The notes below the pieces were generated by a model that did not search any database, was not told the origin of the DNA, and saw only the letters and a program-made list of their open reading frames with translations. Positions 47,449 through 60,936 of a stretch of 64,000 bases of DNA are shown one piece after another. How positions within the stretch are numbered: the stretch's first letter is position 1; every line of letters starts with the position of its first letter. Where the stretch lies: the NCBI GenBank assembly GCA_037447605.1, contig CM074805.1, positions 4,993,361 through 5,057,360 on the forward strand, read 5' to 3'. Source of the DNA: Zygnema circumcarinatum SAG 698-1b. Lineage: Eukaryota; Plantae; Zygnematophyceae. A program made the position numbers and the translations under genes.

Positions 47449-50400
47449 ATGGCCACGGCGCTCGCGTGCTCGGCCTCCTCCTCCTCCGCCTTTGCCTTTG
47501 CCTCGCCGCCCGCCCTCGCCCTCGCAGGTGTGTCCCGTGGCCGCGGCCTCCGGAAGGCCCTCCGCCCCGCGCGTGCGTGCTGCGGCGGGGGGGAGTGCGC
47601 CCATGCAGGGGGGAAGGTGCAGGCGGACGGCCATGGCCGCTGGAGTGGGCGTGGGCCGTGCTTCGCGTATGGACCACTGCGCCGTGGGCTTGTGGGTCTT
47701 CACAGAATTGCATCACCGACGATGGGAGCATTTCCTGGCGGTAATGCTGTCAGTCTCGCTCATTTTATAGTTTAGCCACGCTTTCTGCAGACCTGCTGTA
47801 GTATGATCAAATAAACTACATTTTCGATATATGGTTAGTGCATCTGGATCCGGCCGGCCTTTCTCCTTCTTCTCCTCCCACTGCGCGTCTCCCTCGTCTC
47901 ACCCTCTCCCTTCCGTTCCCACACCTCGCAGAAAACTCGCCTCGGAAATATCTCCGCGCGCCGGGCAGAGTCCTCGCCCGGCGCGGCCTGAGGGCAGTGC
48001 GCTCCGGCCCGCGGGGCGAGGGCGCGGCGGGCCCTCCCCCTCTCTCGGCCCTGGACCTGGACGTGGCGGTGCTGTCGAACGGCCCCGGGGAGGTCGCGGC
48101 GTGGGTGCGGCCGGTCGCGCGCGCTCTGCGGCGCCGCTTCGGGGAGGACCGCGCGCAGCTGCGCATCTCGGTGCGGGCTCGCTCTGCGGTCGGGGCTGGC
48201 TGGGGCTGCTGGGGGGGAGGGTCGGGCTCTTGGACGCCCCTTTACAGAGAGAAGCGTGTGCGGCGTTCTCTGCTGTTGCAGGTCATCTTGGCGCCGTGTC
48301 CGCACGCATCCGGCCGAGAATTTGAACTCGTTCGCTCATTTCCGGAGGTGGACCGATGCCAGGTCCGCATCCTGTTTCTGATTTATTACCGCAAGAGTGT
48401 TTATCTCAGTTATTTGCCCGTAATTAAGCTGGAATTGTTCAAAAAGAGTCGGTATACTTATTGATCTCATGACTTCTTGCAGGCTCCCGCTGCTTTTTCT
48501 CGGCTACTTTTTTTCGGCAAAACAGCAGAAAACTGGGATTGGCGGAAGCGTGGCGTGTGCATTTTTCTGGGAGGAGATCAATTCAATGCCGTAAGTTGTT
48601 GTTTTTGTTCGTTCGTCTTTATCCAGCGTTGTAGAACGTGGTCTATACCAGATCTAAAGTGTGAAGCCAGCCAGTTATGCTTATGCCAGCATTGGTTCCT
48701 GCACTTAATGCATGCATGGGTGTGGGACGACTTTGAATAATGCTTTGGAGTTGTTATTGCAGTTGGTCGTTTCAAAATGGCTCAACTTTCGAGTTATTGT
48801 TTATGCGGAGGAGGCTGCGCGATGGATCAGGTGGAGAGTTCAATCCCCTTTTTTGGAGTTGCCTCACATGCATGGGATGCATGCCAGCTCCAGACTTGCT
48901 AGGATGGATGCATGTCCGTCTCCTCCCTTCTCCGACCTTTTCCCCCTCCCTCCTTCTCAGTGTCACCTTCCTTCCGCGCCTCTCCGTCTCGGGATGCGCC
49001 ACGTGGCAGATTTGCAGACCTCTACGCCCTCCGAAGCGCCGCTTTGTTGGAAGGTCTGCCCGCGGCCTCGCGCGCCACGTGTCAAGTTGTCGGAGACCTC
49101 TTTGCAGATGCTATTGCGGACGAGGGCCCCAATGAGAGGAGGGAGACGTTGGGAGAGGCGGGTGATGAAGGCGACGGCTGCTGCGCCCCCGCGAAAACTC
49201 ATGTCGTTGGCCTCCTCCCCGGCTCAAAGGTATGCTCACACAAACTACGCCATTTATTCGGAGTCTTTTTGCATAGCATTAAATGCACGAAGCCTGGCCT
49301 TTCGTGTATCTGTGTAAAGGCATCGACTATGGTGTGAAGCTGCAAAAATGACAAAATGTTTAATATCATTTTTCAATATTCGCACTGCCTTGATTAACAG
49401 TTGTTTTATTGGGTTTTGGTCGATTCAGAATGTAAAACTTATTCTTGGAGTACCTTTTCTTATGGCGGTTGCTGACGCCCTTCGCAAACGGTGATTTTGC
49501 ACACCCTAAAGGACGAGCTTTAAGGAAATTAAAAACAAATCAGTAAAGAAGGTTGATCTGGCCATGGCTGCCCTTCGTCAGATGCTCGATGGAAGCACAA
49601 CCATCGCGGGAACGAAACCGAAACCTGAATGAAAGCTAGATGTCTCCTGCGGGTGGGGCAGGGCAGGATGAACGAAAAAGTGCAATTCGTCCTTCTCATG
49701 GCGCCTACTGTTGATCTGGCAGAGTTGCAGATCCATGCATCTCCTTCCAGTAATCCTGTAATAAAGCGGCTGGGCTGGGCCATGGGAACGGTCTTTCCGA
49801 GGGAATCTGTGAAGGGAGAAAAGGGACTGGAAGGAGTGCTGGTGACAGAGGAGGAGACGGAGATTGAACTGTGGCGGAGATTTCCTCCGTATAGTCTTTT
49901 GCAGCAATGCAGCATGTGCATTACCACGGTGGGATTTTTCTCCCCGGGCTTTCTGCCTGTCCCGCTCCATGTTGCTTTCGGTTTTTCCTTTCCTCAGTCT
50001 CCCAAGGCCTACCGATATCTCCTTCCTATCTGCCGCCGCTTCCTCCTACCTGCTCATCCTGGTTTTCTCGCCCCCTCCTCTCTGCTTGCGTGCCACTGTC
50101 CTTCTTGTTAATCGGCAGGAAGGACAGTGAGAGAGGAAGCGTTGTTCACCAGTGGAAGGAGCAATGTCATAGAAAAGTCTATGCCGATGCCATGTTTTTG
50201 CTGCTTTGTGCTGAGGTGGCAGATTGGAACAAACACAGCTGAGCTGGGATGTCTGGGGGTCCCAATGGTGGTGGTTCTCCCCACCCAGAGGCTGGAGGTT
50301 GGTGGCGCAAGGCCTTTCTTTCTCTTTCCGATGCACGATTCCGATACCACACGGAAAAGCTTTATTTTTTAAGTAGTTCTGCCTTTCTTGTGCCCAACGT

Positions 50401-50987
50401 AACCTGGTTTGGGGTTTTGGGGTTCGGCATACGCAGGTTTTCAGAGGGGCCACAGGAGGTCTTTTGGGGCTGCTCGCGAGTGCTCCTGGCTGGCTTGGAG
50501 ATGTCGTGACGCGACAAGTGAATGCGTCCTTGTTGCGTTCCTCGGGCCACTTAGCGTGGCCGAACAGGTCAGCTGCAGCACAGTGAGGAACGGGAGGAGA
50601 GGGTAGCTGCATGTGATGAGGCTCTCTCCCTCTCCATCTCCCACTTCCTCCCCCCTCCCCCTTCCCCCCTTCCCCCCTTCCCCCCTTCCCCCTCACCTCT
50701 CCCATTTCTTTCTCTCTCGCTCTCTCTCTCTCTCACTCTCTCACGCACACACAAATCCAAGTTTCAAAGTTGGATGCAGATGGGCAGGCAAGGAGGTGGT
50801 GCCAGAGCTGGTGGGGCGCATCACTCCTGACGAAGTGGCGGCGGTGGTGGAGGGGTACCTGGCGAGGCCCGAGGCGCTGGCGGCCATGCGCGAGCAGCTT
50901 TTGGCGCTCAGTCAGGCGGGGGCGCGCGGGGGCGCGGCAGAGGCCATCGCGGCGCAGGTGCAGAGGCTGGCCCTCGACCCGCCGTGA
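47449..50987 (+). CDS. Cyanobacterial-type lipid-A-disaccharide synthase (LpxB)-like glycosyltransferase, probable plastid transit peptide
   Basis: Exons give VLSNGPGEVAAWVRPVARALR..LRIS/VILAPCPHASGRE..FPEVDRCQ/FGKTAENWDWRKRGVCIFLGGDQF/VVGDL/VGLLPGSK/LGVP/FVLLMAPTVDL..ELWRRFPPYSLLQQCSMCITTVG/TNTAELGCLGVPMVVVLPTQ/WPN/EVVPELVG..GAAEAIA, resembling cyanobacterial LpxB-like proteins. First-exon structure uncertain. Confidence 0.82.
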
Positions 50988-51097
50988 CGTCATATGCCGT
51001 GTGGCGTGGGCCTGGGCGGCACTCTGCAAGGCGTTCTCTGCGCGGGTGACGGCCCTCCCTCCCTCCCTCGGCAGGGCAGGACGCTGCCTCGTCCAAG

Positions 51098-51276
51098 CAG
51101 CGCCTCGTCTGCTGTGGAACGTTGGCTTGCCTTTGACAGACGTTTTGGCGACGGCATTCTCTGAGCAGATGCACTTTTTCCACTACAGCGCCTCGTCTGC
51201 TGTGGAACGTTGGCTTGCCTCTGACAGACGTTTTGGCGACGGCATTCTCTGAGCAGATGCACTTTTTCCACTACAG
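51098..51276. repeat. 88-bp direct tandem duplication
   Basis: CAGCGCCTCGTCTGCTGTGGAAC...CCACTA repeated with one mismatch (TTTGAC/TCTGAC). Confidence 0.92.
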
Positions 51277-51721
51277 ATCATTCGACATGACGAGCATGCC
51301 TTGTTTCACTAGGGTGAGATACATACTTTGGAATACAGAAGGCATTGCATGAGTCATTAGAGGTAGGCGGACAACCGTTGCATGCGGTGTCCTTTACTTT
51401 CTTTGGAGGAGGCATCCCGAAGGCCGATGTAAACAGTGCGAGTTTACTTCCAGTGCAATGCAACTCAATCAGACTCCAACTCTGCCCAACTTCTCGACCC
51501 TCGTACGCTACTAAAAATGGCATAAAACCAGACGTAAAAAGCGAGCTCGTATGGACTCAAAACCATGCACCATCCTATCCTGCTTACTACTGCTGCTTGC
51601 TCCGCCATCGCGTCAGCGCAGGGATGGGACCTTCGTGCTCTGAATCACAAACGAGCTCCGCGCTCTACTGCGAAGAAAGCTTTGCGTGTAAGCCTCCCAC
51701 GCGCACCACTCGTCTGAAGTC

Positions 51722-54700
51722 TCAGCGCTTCTTGGTGCTAGAGAGGGCGGCAGGCGGCTTGAAAGCGGCAATGCCTGTGACCTCGCGGCCCGTGACGAGT
51801 GCGTTGATGTCGTAGGTGCCTTCGTACGTGTAAATGGGCTCCAGGTCACAGAACGCCTGCGCACAGAAGGCGCATGGGAAAAAGCTCGTCGGATAGGATG
51901 ACACGCTTGTCGTCTCTTTCAGAATCTTTAGTCGAGTAACTTAAGAAGAAATTGTGAAAAGTCTTTGAAGTTAATTTTGCCCTCGGCATACACATGGAGA
52001 AAGGGAAGAGGGCCCGAGAAGCGAGGGTAAAGGGGATCAGAACGGGACACGAAGAAAACCACGGAGCGTTTCACTGAAGACACTCACTTTAGCCACTAGG
52101 TAGTCGCTGACGATGCCGTTGCCGCCCAGCAACTCGCGTCCAAGTGCCACCGTCTCCCTCGCACGCAGTGTGTTCCATGCCTGCACGGTTGCAGGAGATG
52201 AATCAAACAACTGACTCATCATCAAAATAATTGCAGACCATAAGAAGTGCAAAACAAGGCCGGATAAGAGCCGGAAGATGCGACGTTAGACCCTCGTTCC
52301 ACCACCTCTCCATCTTGATCATCCTGAAACTCCTACATCAATCAATCAATGGCAAACAGACCTTGGCCAATGACGCCTGCCCAGCCGTCATCTTCCCGCT
52401 ATCGTACAGCTGGCACAACCGCCACCCAAGAAGAAACATGGCCTGAATATTCCCCAACATTCTGACGAGCTTCTCCTGGTTTAGCTGCAGCGCTGCGAGA
52501 GGAGCGCCAAACTGCTTTCTCTCGAGAAGATATCTGCGAGACAAAGCGAGTAACTCAATACGCATGTACACCCTCTCCTCTCCTCTTGAGGCCCAAGCCT
52601 TCACCCGCTTACTTGGACACTATGCTCATGAAGAGTGCATTCACTCTGACGCTGATACCTTCAGTGTTAAGTGAAGGCATGAACACAAAGAGGGTGAAGA
52701 TAGGTGGGCCCCACCGATGGCATATGTCATACACTCCCATCACTATTCCGACCGGCTGCCACGCTACCATAATGCGTGAAATAGCCAGCACCTGCATAAG
52801 GTTTCTGCATAATTTTAGAGTCCATATTACAACGGCCGGCACACATCGACAATGATAACAATGGACAAAAACAAGACAACGGCATTCATGGAAGTACTCG
52901 ACGTGAATAGAGAACAAATGAGCTGAACAGGAAATATCACTGCAAGTTTCACCTTGGCTGTATCCTGAAATGAGTTAACTCCAGGGAGACGATCAGAGTC
53001 AGGGACAAATGCGTTGCTGAGAGTGATGTCCCCGTTTTGAACAATTCTAAGACCAATCTTGTTTTCCATTTTGACTGCCCTAAACCCTGGAGTGCTCTTA
53101 TGTACCAAAAACCTGCAAAACGCACAGTAAAGGCGTCAAGGTCGACTATGCCCGTCGAAAGGGGGGGTGAATGGCGGAAACACGATAACGAACCCATGAG
53201 AAACTTGGTACTAAAGGGCAAGGACTACTTCAAGAATAGCACTTACCCATTAATTTGATTGGTCGAAGTGTTTCGCGCAAAAACCACGATGACATCAGCA
53301 AATGTACTATTTCCAATCCATCTCTTCTGGCCGTCTAGTCTCCACCCGCCCTCGACCTATGCAAAAAACTAAAACGGAAAATTTCATTATAAAATACTCC
53401 TCCACGATTCCTTCTCATAAAGGTCCGGAAACTGCAATCAACACGCCTGAAGCTCGAAGCACTCCTCTACCTTACACCCAGTAATCTCTTCCTTCTCTTT
53501 TTCTCTTTCTCTTTCTGTAACACCGAAGGAAATGACGAAAGGTAGTAGTCTCTAGAAGCCACGGCGCAGCGCAGGCACATCAATTTTTTCCTCGTGAAGG
53601 AAAAAAGTAAAGAGACCACACCTTTGTAGCCGTCGTATCCAGGGAGCTCGCATCACTTCCATAATCCGGCTCGGTAAGGGCCTGCCAACCCGCCGTTTAG
53701 CCCAAGCTAAGTACTGATCCATTAACTTCCACAAACAAGACAAAAATGGAGGAGGAGGGGGGGGGGGGTGGGAAGGAGGGAGAAACCTCCTATCCTTATT
53801 TCCGACCTCTTCAGTGAACTTCTCTAATCTCTCCACTTTCAAAGTGATAAGCTGAGGAAAAATATATGCTACCTTGTTTTTGCCAGATCTCGATGTTTTC
53901 CTTTTCCATTGACCCTGAGAGGCAATAACTTACCCAACATCCAACAGTGTCGAGGCGGGCCAATGATGGCAGGTATCTTTGCTTCTGCTCTTCGTTACCA
54001 CACATGGCTGCAAAATATACGACAACATGAAAATAAAGTTTGCAGCAACAACACAAGGCGAGGCCAATGCGGCACTTCTCCCAGCCATGGCGCCAATCCC
54101 GAGTGCGTGACACGTGACGCACCGACAGTGAGCATAGCGAGGCACGAGTGGACCATGAGGAACGTCGAGCAGCTTGCGTCCACGCGCGCGGTCTCGGCCA
54201 CCACGATGGCGCTGCCCAGCACCGACAGGCCCGGGCAGCCGTACCCCTGCACGCGGCCCCTCACTCACGCGTGTGAGCGGGAGAGGAGAGTGGGAGGGCG
54301 GAGGAGATTGCTGAAAGAGATGGAGGAGTGGAGTTGAAAGAGGAAGAGAGAGAGAAAGAGGGGGGATACAGGAAAGGAAGGGAGAAGAATAGTGATAGGG
54401 GTAAGAAGCGAGTTGCACACAGACCTTAATGGTAGTTCCCGCAACTTTTAGCTCTGCGAATTTAGAAATAAGCGCATGGGGGAACTCTGCTTTCTCCCAA
54501 TACTGCAAGGACAAAGACCAAAAAAATAGATAGATTTCATTTTTTTGTTGCAAGGCAACACATGTGCAGCCGTTGGTGCAAGAGGAAATTAAGTATCAAC
54601 TTTGATTAAGAAAAAGGAAAAAACGAAGGGACGCGTACATTTGCAATTTCACAAACGTCGAAACGAAATTGAGAAATCACAGCGACGTCATGGAATGTCA

Positions 54701-55013
54701 ACAATGCACCTTGACAGTTAACAGTCCTTATTCTGAATCAGCGGAATGAGGGCCGCCCTGAGCACGAGTATGAGCGGAGGGGCGAGCACACCGGCACAAT
54801 AACGGGCGCCACCTCCTTCTCCATGAAGGCGCGCACGCGCTGCCGCAGCGCGAGCACGTCCGCCGGGAGCAGGTCCTCCAGGCCATAGAAGTCGGACCGG
54901 GAAGGAGGGAACCGCGCAGAGGTGGTCGCCTGCGGAAAGGTCGCCAGGACGCCACTCTTATTCTCATCTACCTCCGTCATAGCGTCCGAAGACGACGCTG
55001 GTGCTTCCGCCAC
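51722..55013 (-). CDS. ACX4: Short-chain acyl-CoA oxidase 4
   Basis: [157 protein letters not shown]. Confidence 0.95.
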
Positions 55014-55280
55014 TGCTCCTGCACCGCCCCTCCACCGCAGTCAGCAAATAGAGCAGTCTCCGTGCCTTACAGAAAGACGGGAGAGGGAGGGAGACGAGAG
55101 GAACGGCGCTCTCCAGGACGCCCTACCGGAGGCTCCATGGCTGCGACCTGCGGAATTCAAGTGGCGCGCAATGACTCGCATCCTGTCCATGGCCATGGCC
55201 GCGCCTCCCTCGCTCCTCCCTGCCTCGCTCCCTCGCTACCCGCTCCCGCTTCGGCGCGAGAGGGCGGGAGGGAGCCCGCG

Positions 55281-55325
55281 CCCACGTGGCGATGCCTGTG
55301 GCCACGTGGGACGATGCCACGTGGC
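55281..55325. promoter_or_regulatory. Three clustered G-boxes (CCACGTGG) in the ACX4/NCS1 divergent promoter
   Basis: CCCACGTGGC 55281, GCCACGTGGG 55301, GCCACGTGGC 55316; function inferred from the bZIP/bHLH consensus. Confidence 0.5.
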
Positions 55326-55566
55326 GTCCGGATGGGCCCGCACCGGGACCACCGACGCGCGGCACAGTTCCGTTCCACGCGACGGCGACAGCGCGCGGAC
55401 CCACGCGGTTCCATGCTCGCAGGTACGGCCGTACGATACCGCACTGGCATGCCGTACGGAGATCCGTGCACTTGCCATCCATTCGTACGGTAGTACGGCG
55501 GCGCGGGCCTCTGGCGAGTGATCGGCGGCGGCGGGCGCGGAGGGAGGGACGGACGGACGGCCGGCC

Positions 55567-56245
55567 ATGGCGGCCGCCGCGCGCCTCGTCCACCACCTTC
55601 CGCGCCCGCGCCTCTGGGGCGCGCCGCCCGGCGCCTCCTCTGCCTCTACGTCGCCGCTCCGCCGCCGCCATGGCCATAGCGAAGCGCTGCGGGCCGTCCC
55701 GCTGCGGAGGGTCGGTGCGAGGGCGCAGGCGGCGGGAGACGCCGCAGGAGCCGCTGCGGGGCTGCGCTCTGCGTGGGAGGCGCTGCTGGAGCCCATCGAG
55801 CCTGTGCGCCCCCTCAACGCGCATCCCTCGCTCATCAACGAGGAATTCTCGCCCACTCTCGCGGAGCAGCGCATTCTGTCGGTGTGGGATGTCGCGAGTC
55901 TCTGGATCGGGCTCGTCGTAGGTGCGTTCCTGCGCTCATCCTTGAGCTCGGCATGACTCCCTTCTTCCCTTGTTCACTGCTGCACCATGGTTTGGCTTCA
56001 CTCCACGTGCTGACAGCAGCCGAGCCGCGCGGGCCTACCAGGTGTCCCCACGTGGTACCTGGCGGGGAGCCTGGTGGAGCTGGGCATGGCGTGGTGGCAG
56101 GGCGTGCTGACGGTGCTGGTGGCGAACTGCGTGGTGCTGCTGCCGATGGTCCTCAACGGCCACCCCGGCTGCAAGTACGGCGTGCCCTTCCCGGTCCTCT
56201 CCCGCGCCGCCTTCGGCATCGCCGGCGCGCACGTCCCCTCGCTGC

Positions 56246-56282
<37 letters not shown>

Positions 56283-57691
56283 CACGTGGCTGGGCGGCCA
56301 GGCCGTCTTCCAGCTCGGGAACGCGCTCACAGCCGGCGCGCTGCAGGCCCCCGCCGCCGCCTGGCTGGGCATCAGCTACCCGGAGCTCGCGTGCTTTCTG
56401 GCTTTCTGGTCGCTCCAGGTGGCGATCATATGGAACGGAATCGAAAGCATTCGGGACCTGGAGGCGTACAGCGCTCCTATTTTGACATTGTAAGAGCGCC
56501 AACTCTTGGAAGCCGTCCCTTATCATGTTGCTCCTCCATCAGGTTCACCTTTCCGATTTACCTCCGTATTGGCACGCATGTGAGCGCAGGATGTGTGCGG
56601 CGCTTCTCTGGTGGGCGTATGCGAAGGCGGGCAGTTTCGGGGAAATGCTGTCCACGCCGTCTCAGTTCTGTATTGGGGGACCGAAAGAAGGTCAATTTTT
56701 CGCTACCTTCTGTCCGGCTCTCACAGCGAATATTAGTTTCTGGGCGACGCTGAGTCTCAATATTCCAGGTAAACACACCCCTCTCCCCTTCCCCCTCTCC
56801 CCTTCCCCCTCCCCCCCAGTTCTTTTTCATTCTGATCCTCTCCCTTTTGAAAACGTCCTAAAAGTGGACATGTTGAATACCTGTAGGCGAACAGACCTAG
56901 AAAATCCGTTGTTAATTCGTGGCCTTCTTTTTTTCTTTTCACATTCGGCAGATTTTACCCGTTATACTCGGAGCCAGGGGGACCAGCTGGCAGGGCAGGC
57001 CATCGGCCTCCCCCTCTTCATGGCGGCCTTCACCTTTGTGGGTCTGGCGGTGACGTCGGCAACAGTGGTGATCTTTGGACGAGTCATTTCGGACCCCATT
57101 GAGCTTCTGGGCCAAATAAAGGGCACCGCTCCGGTCCTCCTCTCCCTCCTGGGCCTCACCCTCGCCACCCTCACCACCAACATCGCCGCCAACGTGGTCG
57201 CGCCCGCGAACGCTCTCATCAATCTCAGCCCGGAAACGATTTCCTTCAGAACGGGCGGCCTCATTACGGCGCTCGCCGGGATCCTGCTCATGCCGTGGCG
57301 CCTCATCCAGTCGACGCAAGGCTTCATCTTCACGTGGCTCATCGGATACTCCGCTCTTTTGGGCCCGGTGGCCGGCATAGTCATTGTCGACTATTTCCTG
57401 CTTCGGGGTCGGAAGTTGGACATCGACGCCCTCTACTCCTTGGACGCCTCGGATCCCTATTGGTATGCAGGCGGCTACAACCCGGCGGCGCTTGCAGCCA
57501 TGGCGGTTGGGATCGCCCCCAACGTGCTGGGATTCCTGCAGGCAGCGGGCTTTGTTGCGTCCGTTGCTCCGATTTGGACTGCGATTTACAACAACGCGTG
57601 GCTCGTGGGCTTCGCGGTCGCCGCCGCCGTGTACGCCGCGCTCACGCTCATGCTGCGCCGCCCCGCCGGGACGCCGCAACCCGCCCTGTGA
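55567..57691 (+). CDS. NCS1: Nucleobase cation symporter 1 (plastid purine/uracil permease)
   Basis: Transit peptide; [70 protein letters not shown]; [23 protein letters not shown]; [14 protein letters not shown]; [20 protein letters not shown]. Exons ~55567-55921, 56019-56489, 56599-56768, 56951-57691. Confidence 0.96.
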
Positions 57692-58304
57692 GGGAGAGCG
57701 GGCGGACAGCTAGGACCTCGTTTGGTGCCTGTCTTCACCAACCTATCACATGAGCGAGTTGCACATTCGACAGCAAAGCCTGTACATAGCCAGTGTAGGG
57801 ATAGTGAACTTGAAAGACGCCATCTTAAATTATGCGAAAATTAATGAGTGCGCGAAAAATTAATGAGTGGCATTTAGTGCCAAGCCTACGTTAGGTTTTT
57901 TCTACACGAAATTGCTTGTACAACTGTTGGGCTTTTTTATATCAGCAAGGGCTGGTCCGTTTGTAATTTGCTCAACCGTTCGACATATTGCACCTTGCCT
58001 TGAATGCCTCACTTTCTGAAGTCACAAAGCTCCTCGACCAACGATTCCCATTTTTCAAATGAATCCAAGGTCAAAAGGAGCCGGCCAAACACGGTACGGA
58101 CTGCTTAGCATCTGCTGCCTATCCTCCCCCCCCCCCCCGTGAGCCGACGCCTCCAGCCGCACAACAGCCTCCTAGACCATTCTACACCGCACCCAAATAA
58201 GGGCGGCTGCTTATAGACAAATGCGGCTCAAGGTCTCCTGCCTCCTTCGTATGTCTCCTTCGGAGTGCGAATATCGTACAACCAAGCTCAGTCTGTGAGT
58301 ACCT

Positions 58305-60240
58305 TCAGCAGGGGTCCAGCAAGACTCCCTTCCTGTGCTCCCAGTAGTGTGCGCGTATCGGGTCCAGAGTCGTCAGCAGGTCGCAAAGCTGGCCGACTGC
58401 TTCGCCCGCTGTCGGATTCGTGCTGATGTGGAGGAGCTCGCACTGGAGCGGTTCCAGACGCAGCCCCGCGGGGAGCAGGTCCAGGCACAGGGCGAGGGCG
58501 TGCACGCACTGGGGGTGGCTCGCGAGGACTTCTCCGCACAGGGCCACCACTTGCGAGTCCTTCACCAGGAGGTGAAAGTCGTGTCCGTACAAACCTCGAA
58601 GGTATCGCCACGGACTCTCGTTAGACGGGGCTTTGCGAATGGCCGCAGCACAGAACTGGACCTCCGTTTTCCGTTCAACCGCCAGTCCTCCGAGGAGGGG
58701 GCTTTGTGTTATTACAAAGAAACGCTGGGACGACAACCACGAGTACCCAGACAAAAACAGAAACCGTGAGACCAGATTGTTGAATTCATCCCGCCCACTC
58801 TGCAATTTATTTCTCCTCTGCCTTTTTTACGGGTTTCGATTAGACAACGAATCACAAAACAATGTGGAACACGCACAAGGGTCAACATCATCAAGACCTT
58901 CAAGGTTGAAAGACATACAAAGTAAGCGAACAAAAAGGGATTTCCTATCACCACACACTCATGTCAATGACCACTTGCTGATGTGTCTCCACCTGATTCC
59001 AGGCTGAGTTGTTTCGGACATCCTTCTTGAGAAGTTCCTCGCAGAACAACAGCTCATTCTCCCAACCTCCGAGTTCACGCAGTACCCACTGAACCCGCCC
59101 GACATGCCGACAGAAATATATCAATAAACGGCAAGGAAAGGAGTCACTAAGTAAGCAAATGGAAGTACCAACGATACCTCATCTCATCCTGAGGTCGCAA
59201 CACAGTATGCGAAAACGTTAAATGACCAAAGACGCACCTGTCGGTGTGACCACGCATGATAGTTTTTCGCATCTAAGTTTAAGACCTCCGCAGTTAGCGC
59301 CAACTCTCCCTCTGCAGACGACTGACCCAATTTCTCCGCAACCCATCGACGATGGTACCTGGCAGATCCACTCAAAACTATAAAAAGCCAGAAAAAAGGG
59401 ATGTTATACTGTTCCCTTGATGCAATTCACAAGGGTGTTCTTCTTGCGAGTTTGACCTTAGAGAGTATGAAGTACTAATTAACTCTACTCGTGTTACAAA
59501 CCAAAATTTCCATAGGCTGGTGAGAAACGTGCAGGGGAACTAGGGGCCCTGAGACTTCTTGACTAAAAAAATAAAAGTCCCTTGCCACAGTGGCGGCTCT
59601 TGAAGCCATTAATTGCAATTAATCTTGTAAACCACAATAATTTCACAAAATCAGGTTTATCTTTCAGATTCGAAAAAAAAAATCGGCATAAATGTCAGTG
59701 TGCACACCACAGCTGATAATTTTTGGGCGTTTCTGTCGCCAGGGTATCCAAATACATCCGCTCCTGCTCCAAATCCGCGCTAATGCTTTCCAACACGAGC
59801 CGCCGGAAGTGCCAAACCTGAACCCTCTGCCGGCCAAGAGCCCCTTAGCCTCCGCATGGAACTCTCCAGTCGTCTGTTCGGGACTGCGCTCGCAAACAAC
59901 CCTGAAGGCGCCTCTTGGAGCGCGCTGCGAGGCATTCGAGAATTCAAGTGCAATGCAAAGCGGAGGTCACCGTGTAGTTCGCGGCGTTGAGACGGATGAC
60001 GTGCGTGGTGAGACGCAGAGCCCGCGCGCTCTTCTCCCCGCGCGCCATCACACCCCGGAAGTAGTCCATGGCGTCCCTGAACTCCGTCGAGTAGGCTATG
60101 GGCACCACCGGGTGCGGTCCATCGTCCTGGGGGATGGGCGTCACGTCGCGCCACTCCTCCCTCTCGCTGTACAGAAGCTCCGACTCACTTCCGGCCATCA
60201 CCCTCGGCCCTGAACCCTGCCCCCCCCCTGAACCCTGCAC
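58305..60240 (-). CDS. FTA: Protein farnesyltransferase/geranylgeranyltransferase type-1 subunit alpha
   Basis: [117 protein letters not shown] (PFTA repeats). Start at 60240 or 60198. Confidence 0.96.
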
Positions 60241-60908
60241 GCCTCGATGCCCTGAGGACCACCCCCACCACAGGCCGCGATGGGCTTGAATGGCGTCAGC
60301 GGGTGACGTCAGCGTCCGGGGGTGCGCTCCCTATCGCCGAGGTGGCTGCCAGGTGGCAGCGCGGAGCCGCGTAGAGCCACGCGTCCTCCTGTAGACGCCT
60401 CTCCTCGAGCCGGACGAACTCCAGAGAGCCCGCCTTCAGCGCTGCAGCACTCCACACCGCCCGCCCTCTTTCAACATGGAGAACCTCCTCCCTGAACCCT
60501 CAAACGCAATGGTCTAAACCCTCAACTTTGAGCAGTTCCGAGTCATCTGACGCTGAACCTGAACCCCCTCCCTCCCTCCCTCACCCTGTCTCGCCTCCTG
60601 CAGCCGCTCCTCCGCGCCCGCCGCCTCCTCCACCAACCGCAGGAGCTCCTCCTCCGGCGGCCCCGCGGGAAGGGCCACGTGTCGCCGCCCACCCGCCGCG
60701 GCCGTCTGCATGGAGCGAGCGCCACGTGGCGCCTCCCGCGGGGCCGAGGCGAGGTCCGTGTGGGGGGGGGGGGGGGGGGGGGGGGGGGNNNNNNNNNNGG
60801 GGGGGGGGGGGGGGGGGGGGGCGGGGGGGAGGGGGGGCTGGCGACTTGCGCCGCTGCGATGCGATACGATATATCACGACTCGGTTACGTCATTTACCGT
60901 ACATATCA

Positions 60909-60936
60909 TCACGTCACGTCACGTCACGTCACGTCT
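60909..60936. repeat. (CACGT)n repeat in the FTA/LysRS divergent promoter; G-boxes at ~60676 and 60723
   Basis: acgtcacgtcacgtcacgtcacgtc seen directly. Confidence 0.8.
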
